Source: Nitrospirota bacterium (GTDB lineage Bacteria; Nitrospirota; UBA9217). Taken from it: a stretch of 64,000 nt of DNA. The stretch covers positions 96,001-160,000 of the forward strand of contig CAWBNQ010000005.1 of NCBI GenBank assembly GCA_963790205.1, given 5' to 3'. Positions 22,270-31,425 of the stretch are shown here, in pieces. How positions within the stretch are numbered: position 1 is the stretch's first letter; each line of letters starts with the position of its first letter. Position numbers and translations under genes: made by a program. A model generated the notes under the pieces. It did no database searches and had not been told where the DNA came from. It saw only the letters and a program-made list of their open reading frames with translations.

Positions 22270-22326
22270 AAAGCTCACCGTTGATAGCCCAGGGCTCATA
22301 GCGGCAACCAATGAACTGAGAGCTGC
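22270..22326. repeat. Degenerate heptamer-periodic array
   Basis: AAAGCTC ACCGTTG ATAGCCC AGGGCTC ATAGCGG, then a GAACT/GAGCT arm. Confidence 0.45.
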
Positions 22327-22683
22327 TTACTCGATGTCTTTTTTCAAGCGCTCGATGGCGATCTTCAATGCCGCCATGGCCTCCTGCAGGTTTGCAAATA
22401 CGGAGAGGTAAAGAAGCAGGCAGTACTCCTCCGCTACCGGCGCGATCAGCTCATTTCCCTCCTCGAGTGAAAAAAGCACGGCATGAACCGTTCCCATCCC
22501 GAGCCGCCCGCTGATGTCTTTGATGTGGTCGAGGTGTATCTCTTTCCATGCGCCCAGCAGCTTCAGGTCGACGGAGGAATCACCCGCCTGGGCAATCGAC
22601 TCTCCGTCCATATCGAGGAAAATAGCCGCCCGGGAGCCTCTGACCGAGGACAGAAGCTCTTCTAATATCTCATTTATGACCAA
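22327..22683 (-). CDS. Roadblock/LC7 (MglB-like) domain protein
   Basis: ILEELLSSVRGSRAAIFLDMDGE motif; TTG start 22683 after GGAGG. Confidence 0.75.
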   Translation of the reverse strand: MVINEILEELLSSVRGSRAAIFLDMDGESIAQAGDSSVDLKLLGAWKEIHLDHIKDISGRLGMGTVHAVLFSLEEGNELIAPVAEEYCLLLYLSVFANLQEAMAALKIAIERLKKDIE

Positions 22684-22733
22684 TGAGTCCTCCGCAATAA
22701 AACGGGGCGTGCTCCGGAGGAGGAATGCCCGCT

Positions 22734-23435
22734 TCAGCTGAACAGCAAAAAGAATAACATGGTCAATCCCGCCCCGAGCGCCGCCCCGGCAACCACTTCG
22801 AGGGGGCGATGTATGCGCGACGACCACCTGCTCCAGCTTACCATGATCGCCAGTAAAAAAGTCAGTACACCTACTGTCAGCGACTGCGTCAGATAAAGGG
22901 CCGCAACCCAGATGGAGAAGGAGACTGCCGCGTGACCGCTCGGCATGCCTCCCCTCAGCGGCTCCCCCCTGCCGAGAAATGCCTTGATAATAACGACGAT
23001 GATCACCACTGCCGTCAGCGCAACAAAGGCCACGACATCGTCCCCGGCCTTCCGGGGGTGCCATACTCCGGTGGTGATGACCGCTTTTACGGCCGGGTAG
23101 AGAATAAGATAAGCGAGCGTCAGGGCGCCGATCGACGCGATCAAGACCACACCGGCTGCGATGTCCTTGGCGGTCTTTGCAAGCGGATCGTACGTTTCCG
23201 CGATCATGTCAACGACGACTTCGATTGCCGTGTTCATCATCTCGGTGACCAGGACGAGCACGATGGCCACACAGAGCAGGATGAACTGTATTCGGGATAT
23301 ATCCAGGACGAGGGTGAGCACGAGAACAGCCAGAGCGACGAACAGATGATATCGCATGTGCCGCTGGGTCTTGACGGAATAAATGATGCCCTCGATCGCC
23401 AGGTTGGCGCTTTGGGTCCAGGATTTCGGTTTCAT
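22734..23435 (-). CDS. dgkA: Diacylglycerol/undecaprenol kinase fused to a PAP2 phosphatase domain
   Basis: EMMNTAIE..VD and AKDIAAG (DgkA); GGMPSGH...SR...H (PAP2). Confidence 0.88.
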   Translation of the reverse strand: MKPKSWTQSANLAIEGIIYSVKTQRHMRYHLFVALAVLVLTLVLDISRIQFILLCVAIVLVLVTEMMNTAIEVVVDMIAETYDPLAKTAKDIAAGVVLIASIGALTLAYLILYPAVKAVITTGVWHPRKAGDDVVAFVALTAVVIIVVIIKAFLGRGEPLRGGMPSGHAAVSFSIWVAALYLTQSLTVGVLTFLLAIMVSWSRWSSRIHRPLEVVAGAALGAGLTMLFFLLFS

Positions 23436-23869
23436 GCGGACATCCTTTTCAACAACTGGAGCTCCCGACGCTTCATCCTTCTTGCTTCATCGCCGCCGCG
23501 TTCGTGATGGTAACCAAGAAGATGGAGCAGGCCGTGAACAAGGAGAAGATCGATTTCGCGGCCGACCGTATGCCCTGCTTCCGCTGCCTGGCGTACGGCA
23601 GTCGGCACCGCGATAACGATATCACCAAGGACCTCCGGCTGAACATGGGAAAACGCTCCTTCGCGCAGGGAGAACGAAAGCACGTCGGTCGCCTTGTCCT
23701 TGCCGCGGTACCGCCGGTTCAAAGTGCGCATGGCCCGGTCGCCGACAAACAGAACGCTCAACTCGGCATTATGCAGGCCGATGCTCCTCAGCAGGTTCCC
23801 GAGCCGTGTCCCGAGCGCTGTCGTTGCCAGTCTTTGTTTCTTCTGAGTGTTTTTTATCCTGATGTTCAC
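23432..23869 (-). CDS. ybeY: rRNA maturation endoribonuclease YbeY
   Basis: LN.RYRGKDKATDVLSF, LGDIVI and HGLLHLLGYHH. Confidence 0.96.
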   Translation of the reverse strand: MNIRIKNTQKKQRLATTALGTRLGNLLRSIGLHNAELSVLFVGDRAMRTLNRRYRGKDKATDVLSFSLREGAFSHVQPEVLGDIVIAVPTAVRQAAEAGHTVGREIDLLLVHGLLHLLGYHHERGGDEARRMKRRELQLLKRMSA

Positions 23870-25562
23870 CGCGTCTCTTTTCTCCGGGCAATTCCTTGCC
23901 GGGATAATCGATCCGATGATGGAATATCCCGCTGAGGACGAGATTGAAACTCCGCGCGATCTCGCGGAGGTCCCGAAGCGTGAGATCGCATCTCACGAGC
24001 TGATCATCAAGAAATATGCGGGTAATGATGCTGTTCGTCAATGCCTGTATCCTCTGGGGGGTCGGGTTGTCGAGCGTTCGCGAGGCCGCTTCGACTGAGT
24101 CCGACAGCATGACGATAGCGGCAACCTTGGTCCGCGGCCTGGGGCCGGGGTATCGATAATCCGCCTCGGCGATCTTGACGAGCGGCTGGAGTTCTTTTGC
24201 TTTCTGGTAGAAATACGTGATCAGCGAGGTGCCGTGATGCTGCCGGATGATATCAATGACCGACGTCGGCAGCTTGTGCTCACGGGCCATGTCGATGCCG
24301 TCTTTTACATGAGACGCAATGATCAAACTGCTCATCGATGGCATGAGCCGGTCATGTTTGTTATCGTAGGGTCTCTGGTTTTCTATAAAATACTCCGGTT
24401 TTCGTATCTTGCCCACATCGTGGTAGTAGGCCCCGACCCGAGCAAGGAGCGGATTTTCTCCGATGGCTTCGGCTGCGGCCTCAGCCAGGTTGCCGATCAC
24501 GATACTGTGGTGGTAGGTACCCGGACTTTTGTAAACCAGCTCCTTGAGCAGCGGCTGGTTGGGGTCTAAAAGTTCAAGAAGTTTTATGTCCGTGGCTATG
24601 TCGAAGAGCGCTTCAAAAAATGGCAACGATACCGACACGATCATGGATACAAGCACGGCGCCCAGAAATCCCGCGCTCAGGTCGTATATGCTGCGGGTGA
24701 GCAAATCGCCCCGGTAGAGGTCGATGCCGAGAATGGTAACGAGGTTAATGAGACCGGTGAAGGCCCCTGCCCTGATCACTGCGGTCCTCTTTTTGCAATG
24801 GATCACCGAGAGGGCAGCCATGATGCTGCCGAGAAAATAATAGATCGGCATGAAAGGGTCGCTCTGAAACAGGCTGCCCACCAGGATGCTGACCACAAAT
24901 GAAAAGCCCACCGCAAGATGAAAATCAAAGAGGAGACAAACGAGCATGGCCCCCGCTGACACCGGCACGGCGAAACCGATGGTGATCGAATCCAGTAAGA
25001 ATTTGTCGGCCACCAGCGAGAAGATATATTTTGCAAACTGCGCTACGATGACCGTAACCAGCAGGAGCAAAGCGAGGAGAAATAACTTTCGCGTATCGGT
25101 GATGAGCGCGGGGCGGTACCGTTTGACGTCCCGGTAAAAAAGGTAAAAAAAGAGCAGAATGAGCATGGTCAACCCCAGGTACGCATATCGCCTGTTGCCG
25201 ATGCCTTCCCGGCGCGCAATTTCGTCAAGTATCCGCGCGGCCTTTTCTGAAACACGGTGACCGGCCTCCACGATGACCTCGCCCTTGTTTACCTTATAGG
25301 AAAAAACGGTCTGATCAGGCCCCGGATATTCAATGTACATGGTATAAGGTGCTGTAATGCTCCGCGAGGCCGTGTCCCCTTTTTCCAGAAACGGGAACCA
25401 TAAAAGGAGCAGGAAAGCGAGCAGAACAGCGGTGGTGAGTGCAAGGCCGATATTCATGATCGCGGCAGCGCGCGATATTCCCGCGGGCGCTTCATCCTTG
25501 TCGGAAACGGGGAGATGGGTCTTTGGCAGGAGCTTTGCCAGGGTATCATGCTTACTATTCAT
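23769..25562 (-). CDS. 7TM-HD phosphohydrolase (PgpH-like cyclic-di-AMP phosphodiesterase family)
   Basis: Multiple TM helices, PGTYHHS, YYHDVGK, HHGT, YPGPRP and DSVEAA; conserved phoH-X-ybeY context. Confidence 0.88.
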   Translation of the reverse strand: MNSKHDTLAKLLPKTHLPVSDKDEAPAGISRAAAIMNIGLALTTAVLLAFLLLLWFPFLEKGDTASRSITAPYTMYIEYPGPDQTVFSYKVNKGEVIVEAGHRVSEKAARILDEIARREGIGNRRYAYLGLTMLILLFFYLFYRDVKRYRPALITDTRKLFLLALLLLVTVIVAQFAKYIFSLVADKFLLDSITIGFAVPVSAGAMLVCLLFDFHLAVGFSFVVSILVGSLFQSDPFMPIYYFLGSIMAALSVIHCKKRTAVIRAGAFTGLINLVTILGIDLYRGDLLTRSIYDLSAGFLGAVLVSMIVSVSLPFFEALFDIATDIKLLELLDPNQPLLKELVYKSPGTYHHSIVIGNLAEAAAEAIGENPLLARVGAYYHDVGKIRKPEYFIENQRPYDNKHDRLMPSMSSLIIASHVKDGIDMAREHKLPTSVIDIIRQHHGTSLITYFYQKAKELQPLVKIAEADYRYPGPRPRTKVAAIVMLSDSVEAASRTLDNPTPQRIQALTNSIITRIFLDDQLVRCDLTLRDLREIARSFNLVLSGIFHHRIDYPGKELPGEKRRGEHQDKKHSEETKTGNDSARDTAREPAEEHRPA

Positions 25563-26520
25563 CCGTCTCCTCGTATCTTTCGTAGGCCTTGATGATCTGC
25601 TGAACCAGCTTATGGCGTACTACGTCCTTGTTGGTAAAATATACGAAGCGTATGCCTTCGATATCGTCCAGTATTTTCTGCACTTCGATGAGACCCGAGT
25701 TTCTACCACTCGGCAGGTCGATCTGGGTTATATCGCCGGTGACCACGGTCTTCGAGTTGAAACCCAGCCGGGTAAGGAACATCTTCATCTGCTCGGTGGT
25801 CGTGTTTTGGGCCTCGTCGAGGATGATGAAGGAGTCATTCAGCGTACGGCCTCGCATGAATGCAAGAGGGGCGATCTCAATGTCCCCCCGCTCCACGAGT
25901 TTATTCGCCTTTTCAGTTTCGATCATGTCATACAGAGCGTCATAGAGCGGGCGCAGATAGGGATTGACCTTCTCGTAAAGATCGCCGGGCAGGAACCCGA
26001 GTTTCTCCCCCGCTTCCACCGCGGGACGCACGAGGATGATCCTGCTCACTTCGCGCCGCAGGAGGGCGGAGACCGCCGTGGCCATGGCAAGGTAGGTCTT
26101 GCCGGTGCCGGCCGGCCCGATCCCGAACACGATGTCATGCTCTCTGATGGCATCGACATATTTACGCTGCGTCTCGTTCTTGGGCGCGACAGGCCGTTTC
26201 CTGCTCGAAACCGGGATCGCTTTTTGAAATAAGTCCTTCAAGGCAGTTGAGGGATCTGTTGAAAAGGCATGAATGGCCGTGTTGACGTCGTCTTTTTGAG
26301 AAATGACGCCCTTGGTAAGCATGTCGGCGAGCTGCTTTAAAAGTCGTTCAACCCTTGCGACGGACTTTTCTTCGCCCTCTATCTGGATCCTGTTTCCCCG
26401 GGCGTTCAGGACCACGCCGTAGGTGTTTTCGATCAATCTGAGGTTTTTGTCCATGTCCCCGTAGAGACTGGGCAGCGACATTTCATCTTCTATGGTTACA
26501 ATGACCGGGCTTGTTTTCAT
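25555..26520 (-). CDS. phoH: PhoH-like ATPase (YbeZ)
   Basis: GPAGTGKT, RPAVEAGE.LGFLPG, MRGRTL, DEAQN and GDITQ. Confidence 0.96.
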   Translation of the reverse strand: MKTSPVIVTIEDEMSLPSLYGDMDKNLRLIENTYGVVLNARGNRIQIEGEEKSVARVERLLKQLADMLTKGVISQKDDVNTAIHAFSTDPSTALKDLFQKAIPVSSRKRPVAPKNETQRKYVDAIREHDIVFGIGPAGTGKTYLAMATAVSALLRREVSRIILVRPAVEAGEKLGFLPGDLYEKVNPYLRPLYDALYDMIETEKANKLVERGDIEIAPLAFMRGRTLNDSFIILDEAQNTTTEQMKMFLTRLGFNSKTVVTGDITQIDLPSGRNSGLIEVQKILDDIEGIRFVYFTNKDVVRHKLVQQIIKAYERYEETDE

Positions 26521-26565
26521 TATCAGGACATACAGAACTCTATTTTCCCCTGTATGTATGTGGTT

Positions 26566-26594
26566 ATACTAGCATTTTGAAAAATCAAAGTCAA
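26566..26594 (-). promoter_or_regulatory. Sigma70 promoter of the phoH operon
   Basis: TTGACT-17-TAGTAT with a TG extended -10. Confidence 0.65.
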
Positions 26595-26602
26595 TTTTAC
26601 TT

Positions 26603-27136
26603 TTAAAAATCGATGCCCTTCCGGGCAGGCAGGCCGCTGTCGTAGGGATGCTTGACAGAGCGCATTTCCGTCACCATGTCGGAAATGGCGACCAGATCGG
26701 GGTGTACATTGCGGCCCGTCAGGATGAGATGCAGCTTCGCCGGCTTTTTTCTGACCAGAGCGAGAACATCGGCGATGTCGACAAGGCAGAGGGCTACCGC
26801 CGTGTTGATCTCGTCAAGGATCAGGACGTCCCAGGCCCCGGAAAGCATGCGCTGCCGCGCGAGCGTCAGCGCTTCCCCCGCCGCCTTCCGGTGCTCGGCC
26901 AGGGGAGTCGTGCTGCCGCAGCAATTTACAAAGCCTTTGCCCAGCGAAACGAAATCCAGCTCGGGGGCGAGCCGTTCGGCCGCTCTCGCTTCGCCGGTGG
27001 CCATGGAGCTCTTGAGGAACTGAACCACGGAAACGTACATCCGGTGACCGACCGCGCGCAGTGCGACCCCCATGGCCGCGCTCGTCTTCCCTTTCCCGTC
27101 ACCGGTAAAGACTATGACCAAACCGTCATTTTGCAT
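26603..27136 (-). CDS. cobO: Cob(I)yrinic acid a,c-diamide adenosyltransferase (CobO/BtuR)
   Basis: TGDGKGKT, VQFLK, LDEI, LILTGR and KHPY...GIDF. Confidence 0.92.
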   Translation of the reverse strand: MQNDGLVIVFTGDGKGKTSAAMGVALRAVGHRMYVSVVQFLKSSMATGEARAAERLAPELDFVSLGKGFVNCCGSTTPLAEHRKAAGEALTLARQRMLSGAWDVLILDEINTAVALCLVDIADVLALVRKKPAKLHLILTGRNVHPDLVAISDMVTEMRSVKHPYDSGLPARKGIDF

Positions 27137-27201
27137 CAGGTCCTTCTCTTCAGGATGAAGCCCTCCAGATAGCTTCCGACTCTTTTATGCATGTATCTTG
27201 T

Positions 27202-27780
27202 TTACTTTATCCGCCCTTCCGCCGTTTTCCAGTTGATGTTCGCAAAGAACGCCTCAATATAGTCCGCACGCTTCAGCTGATAATCGGTCATGTACGCGTG
27301 CTCGAACACATCCATGATCAGGACCGGTTCGCAGCCGGCAAGGTGCGCCACGTCATGTTCATTGATCCATGAATTGAACAGCCGGTCTCCTGCTGCATCA
27401 TGATACAAGACCGCCCAGCCGATGCCCCGCATGGTCCCGCAGGCCTTGAAGTCCTTTTCCCAGCCATCGACACTGCCGAACTCCTTCTCCATCTTTTTCG
27501 CAAGCCTGCCGGCCCGGTCCATACCGCCGCTCCCTTTGAGGTTCTCAAAGTAAAGTTCATGCAGCCTCATACCGTTGAACTCCCATCCGAACCTTCTTTT
27601 GAGCTCGGCATATTCCGGCGTGCCCGTTTTCCCGTCTTTCAGCATCTGCGAGAGCGTCTCAGCGGCCTTGTTCGTGTTGGCGACATATCCCTGATACAAC
27701 GTGAAATGGTTTTTGAGAAGCGTTTCGCTGAACCCCTTCATCCCGATCAATGAATTGAAATCTTTTGCAGTGTACGACAT
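27202..27780 (-). CDS. Fe/Mn superoxide dismutase family protein
   Basis: NHFTLYQGY, LHELYF, GIGW and DVFEHAY. Confidence 0.9.
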   Translation of the reverse strand: MSYTAKDFNSLIGMKGFSETLLKNHFTLYQGYVANTNKAAETLSQMLKDGKTGTPEYAELKRRFGWEFNGMRLHELYFENLKGSGGMDRAGRLAKKMEKEFGSVDGWEKDFKACGTMRGIGWAVLYHDAAGDRLFNSWINEHDVAHLAGCEPVLIMDVFEHAYMTDYQLKRADYIEAFFANINWKTAEGRIK

Positions 27781-27835
27781 GTACTCTCCTCCTTGTAGTC
27801 AATTCAGAATGAATGTTTTGATGCCGAGTGGATAA

Positions 27836-27864
27836 ATAATAGCACCTTACGTATTAAAACTCAA
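27836..27864 (-). promoter_or_regulatory. Sigma70 promoter of sod
   Basis: TTGAGT-17-TATTAT with TG extension. Confidence 0.55.
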
Positions 27865-27955
27865 GGTAAGTTACAATTACTGCGAAAACCATATGTCTGC
27901 TGAATGATTTGCATTTTCTTTACTTTTTACCGGACGAGGATGTATAATGGCCGCA

Positions 27956-29968
27956 ATGCAAAAAGGGAAATCCATACTCCTTTATCTTTTTCTGATCCTG
28001 ACAGCCGTTCTCATAGGAGGAGCTGCCGGGTTCATCATCTTTTCGGTCTGGGACCTGCCCGAAGTCAAGACCCTGGAAGAATACAAGCCGAGCATCACCT
28101 CCCGCGTCTATTCAGACGACAACAAGCTCCTGGCGGAATTCTTCATGGAAAACCGCACGCCTGTTGTTCTGTCGGATGTGCCCGAAAACTTGATTAAAGC
28201 GCTCATTGCCACCGAGGACACGAGATTTTACAGCCATCACGGCATCGACTTGCGCGGGATCGCGAGGGCCTTCTACCGGAATGTCAGGGCCAAAAAAGTG
28301 CTTGAAGGCGGAAGCACGCTTACGCAGCAGCTCGCAAAGGCGCTTTTCCTCACGCCTGAGCGCAGTTACGCGAGGAAGCTCAAGGAAATGGCCCTCGCGC
28401 TCAAGATAGAGCAGCGCTATACAAAACGTGAAATACTCACTCTCTACCTTAATCAGATATACTTCGGCAGCGGCGCCTACGGCGTGGAAGCCGCTTCTCA
28501 GATCTATTTCGGAAAAAAGGCGAAAGACCTGGATACGGCGGAATGCGCCCTGCTCGCCGGACTGCCCCGCTCTCCAAACTACTACTCTCCCTTCAAATCG
28601 CCGGAGAATGCCCGCGGAAGGCGGGCTTATGTGTTAAACCGAATGGTTGCTACGCGGGTTCTGACCCCTGCGCAGGCCGAAGAAGCCAAAAAAGCGCCTC
28701 TGCCCTCGCACCCGACGTTGAAGACAGGAGGGCCCGCTCCTTACTTCGTCGAATACGTACGGCAGAAGGTGGAAGAGCGCTTCGGATCGAGCATCCTCTA
28801 CTCCGGCGGGCTCAACATATATACCAGCATCAATGACGATCTCCAGAATGACGCTGAGCAGGCGGTGCGTTCAGGCCTTTCAAAAATTGAGGCGCGACAC
28901 CGCAAAAAGGGCGCGTTCCCCATCCCCCTTCAAGCTGCGCTTATAGCCATCGATCCGGCAACCGGCCACATCTGCGCCATGGTCGGGGGCCGGGATTTCA
29001 GTCAAAGCCAGTTTAACCGCGCCTGGCAGGCCCAGCGTCAGCCGGGATCGGCTTTCAAGCCGCTTATCTATGCGGCAGCGCTTGATCGCGGGTTTGGCGC
29101 AGCCGACATCCTCGATGACTCTCCGCTCACCATCAGAATAGACAATAAAAAAACCTGGACACCTGAAAATTTTACGAGGACCTATCAGGGGCCGGTGACC
29201 ATGAGAAAGGCGCTGGCCCAGTCGCTGAACGTTCCGACCGTTCGGCTGCTCGAAAAGATAGGCGTTGACAGCGCCATCGCATACGCTAAAAAATTCGGCA
29301 TTAAAAGCCCTCTCAGTCCCTATCCGGCGCTGGCCCTCGGGAGCTCCGATGTCACGCTCTTCGAGCTGACGTCGGCTTATGCCGTGTTCGACAACCACGG
29401 AATACGGGTCGGTCCTGTTTCCATCCTGAAGATTACCGACAGCACCGGCCAAGTCCTTTTCGCAAATGACGCTCTCCCGGAGCAGGTCATAAAACCTGAA
29501 ACCGCCTACCTGATAACAAACCTGCTCAGGGGCGTGATCGAAAAAGGAACGGCTTGGAAAGCGAGGGAACTCGGCAGGCCCGCGGCCGGAAAGACCGGTA
29601 CTACGAACGACTTCCGCGACGCCTGGTTCATCGGCTATACGCCGGGTCTTGTTGCGGGCGTCTGGGTCGGTTATGACGATCACCAAAGCATTGGAGCAAG
29701 GGAAACCGGCGCTCGCACGGCACTTCCTATCTGGCTGGAATTCATGGAAAAATCGCTTGACAAACGAGAGAAGGAGGATTTTACTGTACCGAACGGTATT
29801 ATATTTAAACAGATCGACCCCCGTACCGGACTGCTCAGCACCGAACACTGCACGCAATCGTATCGCGAAGCTTTCATGCCGGGCACCGAGCCCAGAAGGT
29901 TTTGTGAGGAACGTGTTACACCCGGTGAAGAACCGCCGATACCGGATGAAGCACCGCGATCTCCGTAA
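27956..29968 (+). CDS. Class A penicillin-binding protein (PBP1A family)
   Basis: Transglycosylase EDTRF, GGSTLTQQL, RKLKE; transpeptidase GSAFK, SLN, KTGT; start 27956 (or 27947). Confidence 0.95.
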   Translation: MQKGKSILLYLFLILTAVLIGGAAGFIIFSVWDLPEVKTLEEYKPSITSRVYSDDNKLLAEFFMENRTPVVLSDVPENLIKALIATEDTRFYSHHGIDLRGIARAFYRNVRAKKVLEGGSTLTQQLAKALFLTPERSYARKLKEMALALKIEQRYTKREILTLYLNQIYFGSGAYGVEAASQIYFGKKAKDLDTAECALLAGLPRSPNYYSPFKSPENARGRRAYVLNRMVATRVLTPAQAEEAKKAPLPSHPTLKTGGPAPYFVEYVRQKVEERFGSSILYSGGLNIYTSINDDLQNDAEQAVRSGLSKIEARHRKKGAFPIPLQAALIAIDPATGHICAMVGGRDFSQSQFNRAWQAQRQPGSAFKPLIYAAALDRGFGAADILDDSPLTIRIDNKKTWTPENFTRTYQGPVTMRKALAQSLNVPTVRLLEKIGVDSAIAYAKKFGIKSPLSPYPALALGSSDVTLFELTSAYAVFDNHGIRVGPVSILKITDSTGQVLFANDALPEQVIKPETAYLITNLLRGVIEKGTAWKARELGRPAAGKTGTTNDFRDAWFIGYTPGLVAGVWVGYDDHQSIGARETGARTALPIWLEFMEKSLDKREKEDFTVPNGIIFKQIDPRTGLLSTEHCTQSYREAFMPGTEPRRFCEERVTPGEEPPIPDEAPRSP

Positions 29969-29984
29969 TAATTCCATAATATTA

Positions 29985-30013
29985 TTGACAATACCATGAT
30001 TATTTGTTAATCT
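29985..30013 (+). promoter_or_regulatory. Sigma70 promoter of the GGDEF-lipoprotein pair
   Basis: TTGACA-17-TAATCT with TG extension. Confidence 0.65.
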
Positions 30014-30042
30014 TAGTTTGGGTGAACAATTTCCTGTCGAAA

Positions 30043-31425
30043 ATGAAAATGTCCGTACCTCCAGACATCCTGGACAAATTAGTTCCCGCCAAGCTTTTTG
30101 CCCGGCTGAATATCGCCAGTAAAATGCTCCTGGGATATATGACGCTCGTGGGGTTAACGGTTATTGTCGTCGTTTATGCCCTCATCAGCCTGCAACGCAT
30201 CAACCACCTGAATAAAAGCATCGTAAAAACCGATATTATTGTTCAAGAAGCGGCAGATAAGATGCTTGATGCTGTTCTGGCACAGGATAGCTACGAAAAA
30301 CGCTTTCTCATCCTGAAAAGCGATGACATGCGCAGTCTTTTTTCCAAACGGGGTGAAGAATTTCACGCTTCACTCGCTTCACTGAGAGCGCTCCCTGATC
30401 GAAACGGCCTCCCCCTCGAAACCATTGATACACTCCAGGATGCCTATGCGGGCTTTTTCAACCGTGAGGTACAGCTTATCCGCGAAGGAAAGACCAAGAA
30501 GGCTTACGCGATTTCAAACGGCGAACTGAAAAAAACAATCGAGAAGCTTATCGATATGCTCCGGAACCTTTCCCTTGCGGCAAAGGCGTCCCAGGACAGG
30601 AAAATGAGACAGATCAGCGCGATCGGCGGAACTGCTTTCTTGACCACCGCCTTGCTTTGTATCTTCAGTATCGCCGCCGGGGCCATGGCGGGGCTCGTGG
30701 TTACCCACCACATCTCATCATCCATCAATAAGCTGAAGGTCGGGACCGAACACATCTCCGAGGGAAACTTCGACTTTGATCCCGGAATCTACACCGCTGA
30801 TGAAATCGGCAGCTTATCGCAAGCTTTTATCGCCATGGGAAAGAGACTCCGGAAACTCGAAGAAATGTATCTCGATGCCAGTCCCCTGACCCGTCTCCCG
30901 GGAGGCATCGCCATAGAAAACGTGCTGAAAAAGCGGATAGACTCCAGCCAGCCTCTCGCGTTCTGCGTCCTCGACCTTGACAATTTCAAGGCATTTAACG
31001 ACCGGTATGGATATGCAAACGGCAGCGAAGTGATTAAAGAAACAGCTCGTATTATCGAAAATGCAGTCAAGCTGAAAGGCTCGCCAGAGGATTTCATCGG
31101 CCATGTGGGAGGCGATGATTTCGTGGTCATTACCACACCTGATTATATGCGTGAAGTCTCAACGGCAATCATCCATGAATTCGACCGACGCATCCCCGAG
31201 TTTTATGACCTTAGGGACCGGGAGCGCGGACACATCCTGGGGAAAACACGCCAAGGCGTTGAAATGCAGTTTCCGATCATGTCCATCTCCATAGCGATCG
31301 TAACGAACGAACGCCGGGAACTCACCAACCCCTTGGAAGCATCGGAAATCGCGGCGGAACTCAAGGATTACGCGAAGATGATACCCAAGAGCGTTTTTGT
31401 CGTGGATAAGAGGAGGAACGGGTGA
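30043..31425 (+). CDS. Membrane sensor dinucleotide cyclase (TM-periplasmic-TM-HAMP-GGDEF; GGDDF, Hypr-type Ser)
   Basis: Two TM segments, HAMP DEIGSL, LTRLPG, DLDNFKAFNDRYG and GHVGGDDF; start ATG 30043 or 30049. Confidence 0.9.
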   Translation: MKMSVPPDILDKLVPAKLFARLNIASKMLLGYMTLVGLTVIVVVYALISLQRINHLNKSIVKTDIIVQEAADKMLDAVLAQDSYEKRFLILKSDDMRSLFSKRGEEFHASLASLRALPDRNGLPLETIDTLQDAYAGFFNREVQLIREGKTKKAYAISNGELKKTIEKLIDMLRNLSLAAKASQDRKMRQISAIGGTAFLTTALLCIFSIAAGAMAGLVVTHHISSSINKLKVGTEHISEGNFDFDPGIYTADEIGSLSQAFIAMGKRLRKLEEMYLDASPLTRLPGGIAIENVLKKRIDSSQPLAFCVLDLDNFKAFNDRYGYANGSEVIKETARIIENAVKLKGSPEDFIGHVGGDDFVVITTPDYMREVSTAIIHEFDRRIPEFYDLRDRERGHILGKTRQGVEMQFPIMSISIAIVTNERRELTNPLEASEIAAELKDYAKMIPKSVFVVDKRRNG

